From the NCBI GenBank assembly GCA_963827655.1, contig CAWHCF010000040.1, positions 10,472-74,471 on the forward strand: a DNA stretch of 64,000 nucleotides, read 5' to 3'. The notes under the pieces were generated by a model. It made no database searches. It was not told the DNA's origin and saw only the letters and a program-made list of their open reading frames with translations. This DNA is from an uncultured Acidobacteriota bacterium. GTDB taxonomy: Bacteria; Acidobacteriota; UBA6911. Made by a program: the position numbers and the translations under genes. Shown one piece after another: positions 10,784 to 20,691 of this stretch (position 1 is the stretch's first letter; each line of letters opens with the position of its first letter).

Positions 10784-12658
10784 GTGATAAGCCGCCGGAA
10801 GTTCTTGAGAGGTACCGCGAGCCTGGCCGCGACTTCAGCCGCGGCGGGGCCCTTACTGACCAGTCTTGAGGGCGCCACCAAAAACGGCGCGAGGGAGTGG
10901 CGCTGTTACGGCGGAGATCAGGGTGCAAGCCGGTACTCCCCTCTCGACCAGATCAATCGCTCGAATGTCAAAAACCTCAAAGTTGCCTGGGTGTATCGCA
11001 GCGGGGATGCCATGCAACGACCGGCGACCACGATCGAATGCACTCCGATCGTGGTTGAAGGTGTGATGTATTTGACCACAGCGCAGGTACACGTGCGCGC
11101 GTTGAATGCGGCTACGGGCGCGGTTCTGTGGACTTCCGATCCCTTTGCCGCGAAACGGGGTCGAGGTTCGCCTGGCGTCAATCGCGGCGTCTGCTTCTGG
11201 CAAGACGGGTCGGAGCGGCGAATCTTTCTGATCGTCAGGGATCAGTTCTTCAGCCTGGATGCAGGGACTGGCAAGCTCGTTCCCGGCTTTGGCGAGAACG
11301 GCGTGGTCGATCTGAAGGAGAACTTCGACCACGACATGACCGGGCTTTCTTTCAGAAGTAGCAGCCCTCCGGTCGCCTATCGCGACCTGATTATTGTGGG
11401 CGGGGGCGGCGGTGAGGGCCCATACCCCGAAGCTCCCGGACATATTCGAGGGTACGACGCCCGCACTGGAAAGCGCAGGTGGATATTTCATACGGTCCCC
11501 AAGCCGGGCGAGTTTGGCAACGACACCTGGGAGGGAAACTCGTGGAAGACGGCCGGCGGCACCAACAACTGGGCCGGGATGAGCGTCGATGAAAAGCGCG
11601 GTTTGGTCTTTGCTTCGATCGGGTCGCCCTCATTCGACTACTACGGGGGAGATCGCAAGGGGGCCAATCTGTTCGGCAACTGCGTGCTCGCGCTCAAGGC
11701 CGAGACCGGCGAAAGGGCCTGGCATTTCCAGACCGTGCATCATGACGTCTGGGATTACGACCTGCCCGCCCAGCCGGCATTGATTACGGTCAGGCAACGT
11801 GGCCGCCGCATAGATGCCGTGGCGCAAGTGACCAAAACCGCCATGCTGTTTCTGTTCGACCGCAGCACGGGGAAACCCCTGTTCCCGATCGAAGAGCGGC
11901 CGATTCAGAAGTCTGACGTTCCGGGCGAGGAGTTGTGGCCGACTCAACCTTTTCCGGTCAAACCGCCTCCCTTCAGCCGCCAGGACTTTTCCGAGGACCA
12001 GATCACCGACATCTCTCCCGAAGCTCACGAGGCCGTCAAGAAGATCTACCAGGTCTCACGAATAGGAAAGATGTTCACGCCCCCGAGCAAGGTAGGGACC
12101 GTCGTACACCCCGGTTTTCGAGGAGGCGCGTTATGGGGTGGCTGCAGTTTCGATCCCGCGCTGAACCTGCTGTTCGTCAACTCCGATGAAAACTCGGATC
12201 GGATTACCCTGGCCGACGCCGCCCCGGACCAGCCTTTTCGTTACGCCCTGCCGGAGCGCCGCCGATACGTGGACCCGGAAGGCTACCCCGCGATCAAGCC
12301 TCCCTGGGGCTATCTCACGGCCATCGATCTCGACAAAGGGGAATTTGCCTGGCGGGTCGTGATCGGTGAATTCCCGGCGTTGAAGGCGCGCGGCATTCCC
12401 AAGACAGGGACGCCGACGAATGGAGGTTCGATCGCCACCGCCGGCGGGCTGGTATTCATTGCGGCCACGTTCGACGAAAAGATCCGAGCCTTCGATTCCA
12501 AAACGGGAGAAATTCTCTGGGAGCACCAGCTCAGCGCCGGCGGATACGCCACCCCTTGCACCTATGAAGTCGACGGCCGGCAATACCTGGCGATTGCGGC
12601 CGGTGGTGGAAAAGGCTTCACGAAGCCGGGCGACGAGTTTGTAGTCTTCTCGTTGTAG
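10784..12658 (+). CDS. Tat-exported PQQ-dependent dehydrogenase (quinoprotein glucose dehydrogenase family)
   Basis: SRRKFL twin-arginine signal; RYSPLDQIN, WHFQTVHHDVWDYD and PQQ beta-propeller repeats. Confidence 0.9.
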   Translation: MISRRKFLRGTASLAATSAAAGPLLTSLEGATKNGAREWRCYGGDQGASRYSPLDQINRSNVKNLKVAWVYRSGDAMQRPATTIECTPIVVEGVMYLTTAQVHVRALNAATGAVLWTSDPFAAKRGRGSPGVNRGVCFWQDGSERRIFLIVRDQFFSLDAGTGKLVPGFGENGVVDLKENFDHDMTGLSFRSSSPPVAYRDLIIVGGGGGEGPYPEAPGHIRGYDARTGKRRWIFHTVPKPGEFGNDTWEGNSWKTAGGTNNWAGMSVDEKRGLVFASIGSPSFDYYGGDRKGANLFGNCVLALKAETGERAWHFQTVHHDVWDYDLPAQPALITVRQRGRRIDAVAQVTKTAMLFLFDRSTGKPLFPIEERPIQKSDVPGEELWPTQPFPVKPPPFSRQDFSEDQITDISPEAHEAVKKIYQVSRIGKMFTPPSKVGTVVHPGFRGGALWGGCSFDPALNLLFVNSDENSDRITLADAAPDQPFRYALPERRRYVDPEGYPAIKPPWGYLTAIDLDKGEFAWRVVIGEFPALKARGIPKTGTPTNGGSIATAGGLVFIAATFDEKIRAFDSKTGEILWEHQLSAGGYATPCTYEVDGRQYLAIAAGGGKGFTKPGDEFVVFSL

Positions 12659-12695
12659 TTCATAGTGCCAGGATGGGAAGGCGCCAGGAGATCTC

Positions 12696-13190
12696 ATGCT
12701 GACTGCAAGTTCCTGGGCATGTGCTTTGGTGTTCTCGGTTCTTAGCTCCTTTCTCTCCGACGAGAAACCAGCGCCGCCTCAGCCGATCCCCTTCAGCCAC
12801 AAGACCCACGCAGTGCTGGGCGTGAAGTGTCTTTACTGTCACTCGATCAAGGATCCCGGTTTCAGCGCGGGTTTGCCCGAAGAGGCCCTGTGCATGTCGT
12901 GCCATGAGAGTATCAAGACCGAGAGCGCGGCGATTCAAAAGCTCGCCCAGCATGCCAAATCCGGCACGGCGATCGAATGGGTGAGAATCTACACGGTTCC
13001 TGACTATGTGTGGTTCTCTCATAAGTCGCATCACCGTGGTGCAGGACTCGAGTGCGAGACCTGTCACGGACCGGTTGCCGAGCGCGAGGTTATCGTCAAG
13101 GAGAAACCGACCTCGATGACGGCCTGCATGGACTGCCATGCCAAGCGCCGCGCGTCAAACGACTGCGGCTTCTGCCACAACCCGATGTGA
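12696..13190 (+). CDS. Pentaheme c-type cytochrome (cytochrome c3/c7, ActA-like)
   Basis: Five CxxCH motifs (CLYCH, CMSCH, CETCH, CMDCH, CGFCH); QPIPFSHKTH; N-terminal signal. Confidence 0.88.
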   Translation: MLTASSWACALVFSVLSSFLSDEKPAPPQPIPFSHKTHAVLGVKCLYCHSIKDPGFSAGLPEEALCMSCHESIKTESAAIQKLAQHAKSGTAIEWVRIYTVPDYVWFSHKSHHRGAGLECETCHGPVAEREVIVKEKPTSMTACMDCHAKRRASNDCGFCHNPM

Positions 13191-13263
13191 TCGAAGCTTT
13201 CAGCGAAACAGCAATAGCTCACTGATCGCCGAAGGCACGAAGAAGCGTCATGAAATCTTAACT

Positions 13264-14595
13264 CTAGAGAACCTCGGCGCCGCGGCCCTGCTGCACCAGG
13301 GGCATATAGGTTTCAAGCTCCTGCTGGGTTCCCGGATCCAATAAGTCTACCGTGCGCCGCGATTCGGCGGCCATGTAAGCTGCCATGACCAGCCTGGTTA
13401 TCTCCAGGCCATAACTCCAGGGGAGAAATCCGTCCCGGCCGGCGTTGAAAGCCCGGAGCGCATCTTCATTCTCGTCGGTATAGCCGTACAGGTCAGCCTC
13501 GTTATACTGCACGGCTATCAGCCCGCGCGTTGCCGTGGCCTTTTCGAGCGCGGCCTCGGCATCCTTGATCGCTTCAGCGGCCGCATCGCCGATAAAGAGG
13601 GTCGAAGGCGAAACCAGTGTATTCACCTCGAAGGCGTAGCCCGGCCCCATGCCGTCCATGAACAGGCGCAGCCCCTGCTTTTCGAACATCCAGGAATTTG
13701 TAAACTGGGCTTTGACCTTTTGCCCGGTCTCGGGATTCCGGTAGGTGATTATTCCGGTGGCGAAGTCTTCAGCCGGATGCTTTGAGTAATCGATCCCGCG
13801 TTCATTGAGCAATTTCGCTCGCCAGTTCGGCTGTCCCCATTTCAGGAGCCCGATCTCCGCGGAAACGCTCACAGGCTGCAGGAAGGTTATTTCCTTGCCG
13901 GGCGGGTTGAGCGCGAACCAGCTCGCCGCGATGCTGTGACACCCCATGTCGCTGAGCACTCCGCCCCCCTGGCGCGTGGGATCCCAGAACCAGGCCTCAT
14001 GCGGCCCGGCGTGCTCTTCGGACGATCGGACCAAAGCCAGAGGACCCATGGTTCGCTGGACCGGTTCCAGCTGCGCCAGCTGTGTGCGGATGGGCTTCAT
14101 GAAGACCTGGTTCTCGAAGTAGGCCGTGCGAAGATTCACCGATTGAGAAAGTTGGATCAGGCGCCGGGCTTCCGCGACCGTACGTCCCAAGGGTTTTTCG
14201 CAGATGACCCCCTTCAACTCGGCCCCGGCTTTCACGGCCGCCACGATCTCTTCCATCACCGGAATGCGCGTGTAGTTCGGCGAGAAGATGGCCACGCAGT
14301 CGACCTGCCTGGCCATTTCGTACACGCTGTTGAAGACCCGGGGTTCGCCCAGTCCGAAGTCCCGGGCCATCCGTGCGACGGCCGGTGTGCCTTTGCGCTG
14401 GGTGAGGGCGCAGAATTCCATGCCGCGCACCTGCTTCATCGCTACCGCCTGGAAGCGGGTGATGAATCCCGCTCCCACCACTCCGACCCTCAGGGGATTG
14501 CGGGTTGCGGATTGCGGATTAGGGATCTTTTCGATTGCGGATTGCGGATTGCGGATTGCGGATTTTCTCGATTGCGGATTGCGGATTGAAGGCAT
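13264..14595 (-). CDS. Gfo/Idh/MocA family oxidoreductase with a repeat-derived N-terminal extension
   Basis: LRVGVVGAGFI, ICEKPL, GGGVLSDMGCH; first ~33 aa are SAIRNPQ-type repeats. Confidence 0.85.
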   Translation of the reverse strand: MPSIRNPQSRKSAIRNPQSAIEKIPNPQSATRNPLRVGVVGAGFITRFQAVAMKQVRGMEFCALTQRKGTPAVARMARDFGLGEPRVFNSVYEMARQVDCVAIFSPNYTRIPVMEEIVAAVKAGAELKGVICEKPLGRTVAEARRLIQLSQSVNLRTAYFENQVFMKPIRTQLAQLEPVQRTMGPLALVRSSEEHAGPHEAWFWDPTRQGGGVLSDMGCHSIAASWFALNPPGKEITFLQPVSVSAEIGLLKWGQPNWRAKLLNERGIDYSKHPAEDFATGIITYRNPETGQKVKAQFTNSWMFEKQGLRLFMDGMGPGYAFEVNTLVSPSTLFIGDAAAEAIKDAEAALEKATATRGLIAVQYNEADLYGYTDENEDALRAFNAGRDGFLPWSYGLEITRLVMAAYMAAESRRTVDLLDPGTQQELETYMPLVQQGRGAEVL

Positions 14596-14810
14596 GGCAT
14601 CAATGGATACGCAGGAGGCTCAAGAAAGTCAATCTGTATCTGGTACCCGCTCCCGCACCTGTTTCCCGATTGCCTGGAAGCGGGACCGATTGTCATTTAT
14701 GTCTAATGACAGATGACCAATGACAAGACCAATGAGAAAATCGGATTTCGGATTGAAGGCATTACATCAAGGGATACGCAGAAATTCGACAAGGTCAATC
14801 CGCAATCGTC
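14496..14810. repeat. Heptamer repeat tracts (GATTGCG; AATGAC-type) plus a ~55-bp diverged direct repeat
   Basis: GATTGCG runs at 14496-14590; CGGATTGAAGGCAT..CATCAA.GGATACGCAG at 14582 and 14749. Confidence 0.85.
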
Positions 14811-16428
14811 AAATCGAATGGTTCTGGAATTGAACCCGCAACAGTTTCTTGTCGAATTTTCCCACGCTGGTCTTGGGCACCGACTCAATAAACACCACGT
14901 CATCCGGGAGCCACCAGCGCGCGACCCGCGGCCGCAGGAATTGGAGCACGTGTTCTTTGGTCAGCGTCCCCTTGTACTGCGGCTTGGGCACGACGCAAGC
15001 CAACGGTCGCTCCTGCCACTTTGGATGCGGAACAGCGATAACGGCGGCTTCCAGAACCTGAGGATGCGCCATGATGGCAGTTTCCAGATCAACACTTGAT
15101 ATCCACTCCCCCCCGCTCTTGACCAGGTCCTTGGTTCTGTCCGCGATGTGGATATAGCCATTCTGGTTGATCGACACCACGTCGCCGGTGCGGAACCAGC
15201 CGTCCATGAAGGAATCGGCGCTTCGCGGATCGTTGTAGTAGCTCCGGATGATCCAGGGCCCTCGCACCTGAAGCTCGCCCAGGGTCTTGCCATCCCAGGG
15301 GACCTCCTTTCCGTTCTCGTCGACGGCGCGGATCTCCACTCCGGGCAAGGGCGCTCCCTGAAGCGCGAGGACGCCGTACTGCTCGTCTTCAGGCCAATTC
15401 TTCATGAAGCCGCGAAGCTTCGAGACGGTTCCGAGCGGAGTCATCTCGGTCATTCCCCAGGCCTGGCAGATGTTGATACCGAATTTCTTCCTGAAGCCTT
15501 CGATCATGCTCTGCGGAACAGCCGAACCGCCGCACGGGCATATGCGCAGACTGGACAAATCGTATTGCTCCTGCTCCAGAACAGAAAGGAGGCCGATCCA
15601 GATCGTGGGCACGCCGGCGGCGAGTGTGACCCGCTCCTGCTGAATCAGCTCAGCCAGGGCCTTGGGCTGGAGATTCGGACCGGGAAAAACCTGCTTGGCC
15701 CCCACCATCGTGGCGCAGTAGGGAATTCCCCAGGCGTTAGCGTGGAACATCGGCACTACGGGCATGACCACATCGGTTTCGCAAATGCCGAATGCGTCAG
15801 CCATGGCATGAGCCATGGAATGCAGATAGACGGCGCGGTGGCTGTAAACCGCTCCTTTCGGGTTTCCCGTGGTGCCGGAGGTGTAGCACATCGCGGCAGC
15901 CGAATTCTCGTCGAGCTGCGGCCAATCGAATTCAGAAGAGGCCCGGGCCAGCAGCTCTTCATAATGAAGAATGGGTGAGAGTGAGGTGACGCTCCCGCCG
16001 TCTTCGTTCATGACCACAATGTGCCGGATGCTTGGCACCATAGGGCGGAACTGCTCGAGGAGTGGAAGCAGGTTCTGATCGACAAAGATAACTGCGTCCT
16101 CCGCATGGCTGGCGATGAACCCGATCTGCTCGGGAATGAGTCTCAAGTTCAGGGTGTGCAGGACCGCTCCGTAACAAGGAGCGCCAAAATAGATTTCGAG
16201 GTGACTAAAGGTGTTCCATCCGAGCGTGGCGACACGTTCTCCCGGTTTCACGCCCAACTCCCGAAGCACGTTGGCGAGGCGGCAGACACGATGGTAAAAA
16301 TCGGCATAGCTGTATCGGTGAGTTTCCACGGCGCCTCGGGTAACGATCTCCTGCCGGGGAAAAAGCTGCCGGGCCCGTTGCAGAATCATCGTTAGAGTGA
16401 GCGGAAAATCCATCATCAGGCCTTGCAT
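14809..16428 (-). CDS. Long-chain-fatty-acid--CoA ligase (AlkK/DmdB-like)
   Basis: YTSGTTGNPKG, QAWGMTE, GWFRTGD, KSGGEWISS, PKTSVGK. Confidence 0.92.
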   Translation of the reverse strand: MQGLMMDFPLTLTMILQRARQLFPRQEIVTRGAVETHRYSYADFYHRVCRLANVLRELGVKPGERVATLGWNTFSHLEIYFGAPCYGAVLHTLNLRLIPEQIGFIASHAEDAVIFVDQNLLPLLEQFRPMVPSIRHIVVMNEDGGSVTSLSPILHYEELLARASSEFDWPQLDENSAAAMCYTSGTTGNPKGAVYSHRAVYLHSMAHAMADAFGICETDVVMPVVPMFHANAWGIPYCATMVGAKQVFPGPNLQPKALAELIQQERVTLAAGVPTIWIGLLSVLEQEQYDLSSLRICPCGGSAVPQSMIEGFRKKFGINICQAWGMTEMTPLGTVSKLRGFMKNWPEDEQYGVLALQGAPLPGVEIRAVDENGKEVPWDGKTLGELQVRGPWIIRSYYNDPRSADSFMDGWFRTGDVVSINQNGYIHIADRTKDLVKSGGEWISSVDLETAIMAHPQVLEAAVIAVPHPKWQERPLACVVPKPQYKGTLTKEHVLQFLRPRVARWWLPDDVVFIESVPKTSVGKFDKKLLRVQFQNHSI

Positions 16429-16487
16429 GAAACCTCCTGGCGAAAGTTACCGGCCGTCTTTACGCGCTGACCTGGGAGACACATAGG

Positions 16488-17432
16488 CTATGAATATAAC
16501 AGACCGCGTCCAAGAACCTGTTTCATTCCGGCGCCGAGATCCGGGTATTCCGGTTGCCAGCCTGTCGCCTGTTTGAGTTTCGTGTTGGGGCAGTTAAACG
16601 AGATTGTGGGAAGAACACCCATCACCGGTCCCAGCAGCGGACGCGCCAGGAACTGGGGCCAGTGTCTTGCCGGCTTTGCGCCGAGCAGGGCGGCTATGGT
16701 GTTAACGTAGTCCTTGAAAGCAAGGGGATGGTCGTCTACCACGAAGAACGTTGCTCCCGGAGCGGGTCTCTCGAGCGCCGCAACGAAGGCGCTTCCCATG
16801 TCGTCGACGTGAATCACGCTGATGACGTTATTACCCGAACCGAAGATCGGAAGCCTTCGTTTTCGAATGGCGTCCAGAAGCTGCCGGATCTGAAGACTCT
16901 CCGCGTGGTAGAAAAGTCCGCCCCTGAGAATCATCGTGGCCAGCCCGTGATGCTCATTCGCGCGGCGCACGAGTTCTTCCATCTTGGCTGCGGCAAAGAA
17001 CGGTGATCCCGGGGGCATGGGCAGGGTACAGGGGGCATCATCCCGAAGAACCCGAGCATCCCGTGTCGCCGCCAGGAATGCGATGCTCTGTTGAAGATAG
17101 AGGCGCGCCCCGGCCTTGCGAGCAGCCTCGAGAAGCTTTGCCGTGCCTTCCGTGCGCACTCGGTCGTTCTCACTGAAATCCCGTAGCGAGGGCCGAATCT
17201 TATTCGGGATCTTGGTCGCCAGGTGCAAAACCGCCTCCGAGCCCTCGACCACACGCGCCAGAGCCGGCATGTCGAAAAGATCTCCCGCGGCGGGCTCGGC
17301 ACCCAATTGGCGTATCAGTTTCTCGTTCTGCGCCGACCGGGAAAGGGCTCGAACAAAATGTCCCTTTGCGACCAGCCGCGAGACCACGTTTCGCCCGAGA
17401 ATACCTGTGGCGCCGGCTACGAATATGTTCAT
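16488..17432 (-). CDS. NAD-dependent epimerase/dehydratase family (atypical SDR)
   Basis: IFVAGATGILG and IHVDD motifs. Confidence 0.85.
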   Translation of the reverse strand: MNIFVAGATGILGRNVVSRLVAKGHFVRALSRSAQNEKLIRQLGAEPAAGDLFDMPALARVVEGSEAVLHLATKIPNKIRPSLRDFSENDRVRTEGTAKLLEAARKAGARLYLQQSIAFLAATRDARVLRDDAPCTLPMPPGSPFFAAAKMEELVRRANEHHGLATMILRGGLFYHAESLQIRQLLDAIRKRRLPIFGSGNNVISVIHVDDMGSAFVAALERPAPGATFFVVDDHPLAFKDYVNTIAALLGAKPARHWPQFLARPLLGPVMGVLPTISFNCPNTKLKQATGWQPEYPDLGAGMKQVLGRGLLYS

Positions 17433-17475
17433 GGTGCCGGATCCAGCGCTCTTGAGAATCTGCTGAACAGTCTAA

Positions 17476-17554
17476 GGTTCGTTCGGGGACTTCGCCCCGA
17501 ACGAAGGCCCCTGGTGAACGACCACATATTGGTTTGAACGTTTCACTAAGCGCC
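17476..17554. mobile_element. 79-bp REP/MITE-like element, copy 1
   Basis: TTCGTTCGGGGACTTCGCCCCGAACGAA hairpin; TAA on both sides; near-identical copy at 25293. Confidence 0.75.
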
Positions 17555-17616
17555 TAAGGAGAAGAGGCATCGGCCGTCAGTATCCTGATGAACTCCTCGC
17601 GAAGTGGTCTGCCCTC

Positions 17617-18315
17617 TTACATCCGTTGCTTCTCGAAAATAACAATGTGCTGGCGTGGCAGCAAATCCAGAGTTTCGATATGGCGAAAGCCCATCGGGAC
17701 AATCTCTTCCAGGACCTGCCGCTTGGTCATCTTGTGCAGCGGCTTGATGGGTACCGAGGGGTCCTCGGCGCGGTATTCAACCAGTACCAGCCGTCCCGTG
17801 GTTTTCAATGCGGCGCGTATTTTTTCCATCATCGCGGCCGGCTGAGAGAATTCGTGATAGACGTCGACCAGCAGGGCCAGGTCAATACTGTTGGGCAAGA
17901 GGTTGGGATCGGTTTCGGTTCCCAGGATCGTTTCGATGTTCTGGAGACCCTCGCGGTCCCGAGAGCGGGCCAGGTCATCCAGCATTGCTTGCTGGATGTC
18001 GACCGCCAGAACCTTGCCCGTATTTCCAACCCGCCGCGCGAGGCGCAAAGAGAAGTACCCTACACCTGCGCCAACGTCGGCAACGACGTCACCCGGGCGG
18101 ATTTTCAAGGCTTCGAGCAGTCGCTCCGGCTTTTCTTCCTCTTCTCGTTCGGGCCGGATCAGCCATGGGGCTCCACTCGCGTCCATGACCGGCGCCGGCG
18201 TGCGCCGGATTTGTGGACTCGGGGCTTGCTCGGAAAAGGTTCGGGTATGGCCTGCCGCAAGCAGAATGGCGACAAGGAACCATCTCTGGTGAAGCCCGCC
18301 CGCCCGGCAACTCAT
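17617..18315 (-). CDS. Class I SAM-dependent methyltransferase with signal-like N-terminus
   Basis: VADVGAGVGYF, AVDIQ, LLVDVYHEF, LVEYRAED. Confidence 0.85.
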   Translation of the reverse strand: MSCRAGGLHQRWFLVAILLAAGHTRTFSEQAPSPQIRRTPAPVMDASGAPWLIRPEREEEEKPERLLEALKIRPGDVVADVGAGVGYFSLRLARRVGNTGKVLAVDIQQAMLDDLARSRDREGLQNIETILGTETDPNLLPNSIDLALLVDVYHEFSQPAAMMEKIRAALKTTGRLVLVEYRAEDPSVPIKPLHKMTKRQVLEEIVPMGFRHIETLDLLPRQHIVIFEKQRM

Positions 18316-18666
18316 GAGTCATATTTAATCACAAAGGCTTGCCTCGACGGCAAGGTTCTTCGCGTTTTAGCGAATTGCCCCCACCGCCAGGACGCCTAGT
18401 CCCAAGGTTCCGAGGCTTGTTCATCGAAGGCGGAAATGGTAAAGTCGGACTCGACAAGGAGACTTGCAGGTCGCTGAGTGGTCTGCGAGAAATTGAGCCC
18501 GCCTACACCCTCCCAGGAAGGCGACCTCACTCACGTTGTCTGACTCCTTTTGGGTTGGCGACGCCGGAAGAACCTGCCAGCCATGATACGTGTGGCCAGC
18601 TGGCAATGATTCATCCGAGCATGAGTCAGGGCGCTCCAGATTCATATCAAGGAGGTCATTGGAATA

Positions 18667-19298
18667 ATGTCGTTCTTTGGATTCCCGGTCGGGGGAAAGC
18701 GCTTGCTTTCGACCGCGCTGGTATACTTGCTGTTCTGGCAGACCTGCGGGGCAATGCCGCAGGCGCAGGTTGGTCCTCAGTCAAAGCTGAGGGTTGTCAT
18801 CCTGGAAGGGAACGAGGCGGTCAATGATCTCGGAGCGGGCACTGCGGTCGAACCGGTTGTTCGGATCGAAGATGAGAGCGGCCAGCCGCTCGCGGGCGCC
18901 ATGGTCGTTTTTACCTTGCCCGAGACCGGAGCGGGGGGAGTGTTCGCGGACGGCTCCAAGAGCCTGATCGTCCACACCGACCTCAAAGGCCTGGCGGCCG
19001 CCCGAGGGCTTCGGCCGAACAAAACGGAAGGCCCCTTCGAGATTCGGGTCGATGCTTCCTTCCAGGGACTCACCGCAAGCGCCTCCATCTCTCAGACCAA
19101 TGTCGTTCCGATTGTTGTTCCGGCGGCGGCGGCTAAGCCTCCATCGAAAAAAGGCTTGCTTTTCGTGATTATCGGCGGCGTTGCTGCCGCTGCAGGGGTT
19201 CTCGCGGCCTCGGCCGGAGGGGGTGGAGGGGGTGGAACCCCACCGCCGCCTCCGACAACACGGTCTCGTCGGGCAGCCCAACCGTCGGGCCTCCATAG
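18667..19298 (+). CDS. Exported Ig-like hypothetical protein with C-terminal TM and Gly/Pro tail (frameshift near 19260)
   Basis: AAGGAGG RBS; signal peptide; TM GLLFVIIGGVAAAAGVLAA; shifted frame ends TVSSGSPTVGPP-TAG. Confidence 0.7.
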
Positions 19299-19469
19299 TC
19301 CGTTACGGAGCGGTCATGAGAATTCGGTTCGCGCTACAAGCAAGCAGCGGGATATGAAGGCGCAGCCCTTGCCTGGAGATTGGCCATTTCGCGAGTGCGC
19401 GGCAGCTTGCTACCGCCTTGGTTTGCCGGAGCTTGCGTTCGACATAACCGAAAACACGCGGGGATTGAA

Positions 19470-20615
19470 ATGATTCAACGAGATCTCGCAGGGCGGCTGT
19501 TTTCGCCGTCATCCTTATTCTGGCCCCGACTCTTTCCAGGGGGCAGACCGGTCGCGAGGGAAACAGAGAAAGCGAAACCAGAAGCCGGCCGTGGAACGAA
19601 ACCAGAGACCGTGCGTTACCGTTAAATGAGGAGAATCCGGCCCCTTCAACCGGCGTGGCTGGGCCGGGTCTTGGGACGATATTCGACGCCGCTCGAGGCG
19701 GTCTGCGACCTATCCTGGGATTGCCGGGAGCCGCCACCGTAGGCGGCGTTCTTGATCTGGGTTCGGAATTCTCGCTGGGCTGGATTTCGCCTCGACAGGA
19801 GTATGCCCTCGGACGACTCAAGCAAGGGGCGGACCTTGTCCTGGTAAATCTTGATCGGGACCAGATTTCCGTCGACCCGCTTCCCGGAGCCATGCCGGGA
19901 GTGGACCGGGTAGCCCTCAGTCCAGCCGGGGCTTCAGCGGTCTTGTACGATGCTGAAAGCCGTCGTATGCAGCTGATCAGGGGCTTGCCGCGGGCGTACT
20001 CCGTTGTCGCCGAAGCGGATATCTCAAACCTGGCGGGCGCGGTGGGCGCCATGGCCGTCAGCGATGATGCCGGCGCAGCTTTGTTTTTCATTTCAGAAGG
20101 TGAATCGGGAGCCGTTTATTCGATTGCGGCCGGCGGTGAACTGAAATGGGTCAGCGCGGCCGAAGAGGTTTCGGCCATCTCTTTCTTGACTGATCTTCCC
20201 GACGCGCTGATTGCCGACCGGCGGGCGAATACCGTGCTGCTCCTGCGCGACGTCGCGGGCGCCGCCGGCAAGACGCGTGTTAGCGGCCGAACAGGATGGA
20301 ATTCTGAATCCGGTCGCCGCTCAGATTTCGGATGATCACCGGCGAGTTTTCGTTGCCAACTCAGGATCGGCCACGGTTTCGGTTCTCGACCTGACTGGCG
20401 GCCCGATGACGCAGGTCCCCTGTTCAAGGGTTCCCTCGGGCATGTACCGTCTGACAGGCAGTTCCGTGTTTCGCTTGACTGAATTCTCTGAGGCGCCGCT
20501 CCTCTTGCTGGACGGCGGCGCAGACGAGCCTCGCATATTCTTCATTCCGCCACCGGTCGAGGCTCGCTCTGAAACCGAGGAGCCCGCCGAGCCTCCCAAG
20601 GCTGAAGCGCATTAG
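19470..20615 (+). CDS. Exported beta-propeller-like hypothetical protein (frameshifted; ORFs 19655-20335 and 20211-20615)
   Basis: IFDAARGGLRPILGLPGAA; repeated VALSP/AVSDD/QISDD..VFVANSG blades. Confidence 0.6.
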
Positions 20616-20691
20616 CACGGGGTCTTCGGGCGCGTTGGGCCGCATTGTTAACCTAACTCATAAAGTCACTGGACTGGGGATCGACAGAGGT

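Noticed and set aside
18436-18545. c-di-GMP riboswitch upstream of the surface cluster (CAAG-GAGA-CTTG hairpin)
   Set aside because: Only a GNRA hairpin is evident; I could not match the GEMM core by eye. An Rfam scan would settle it.
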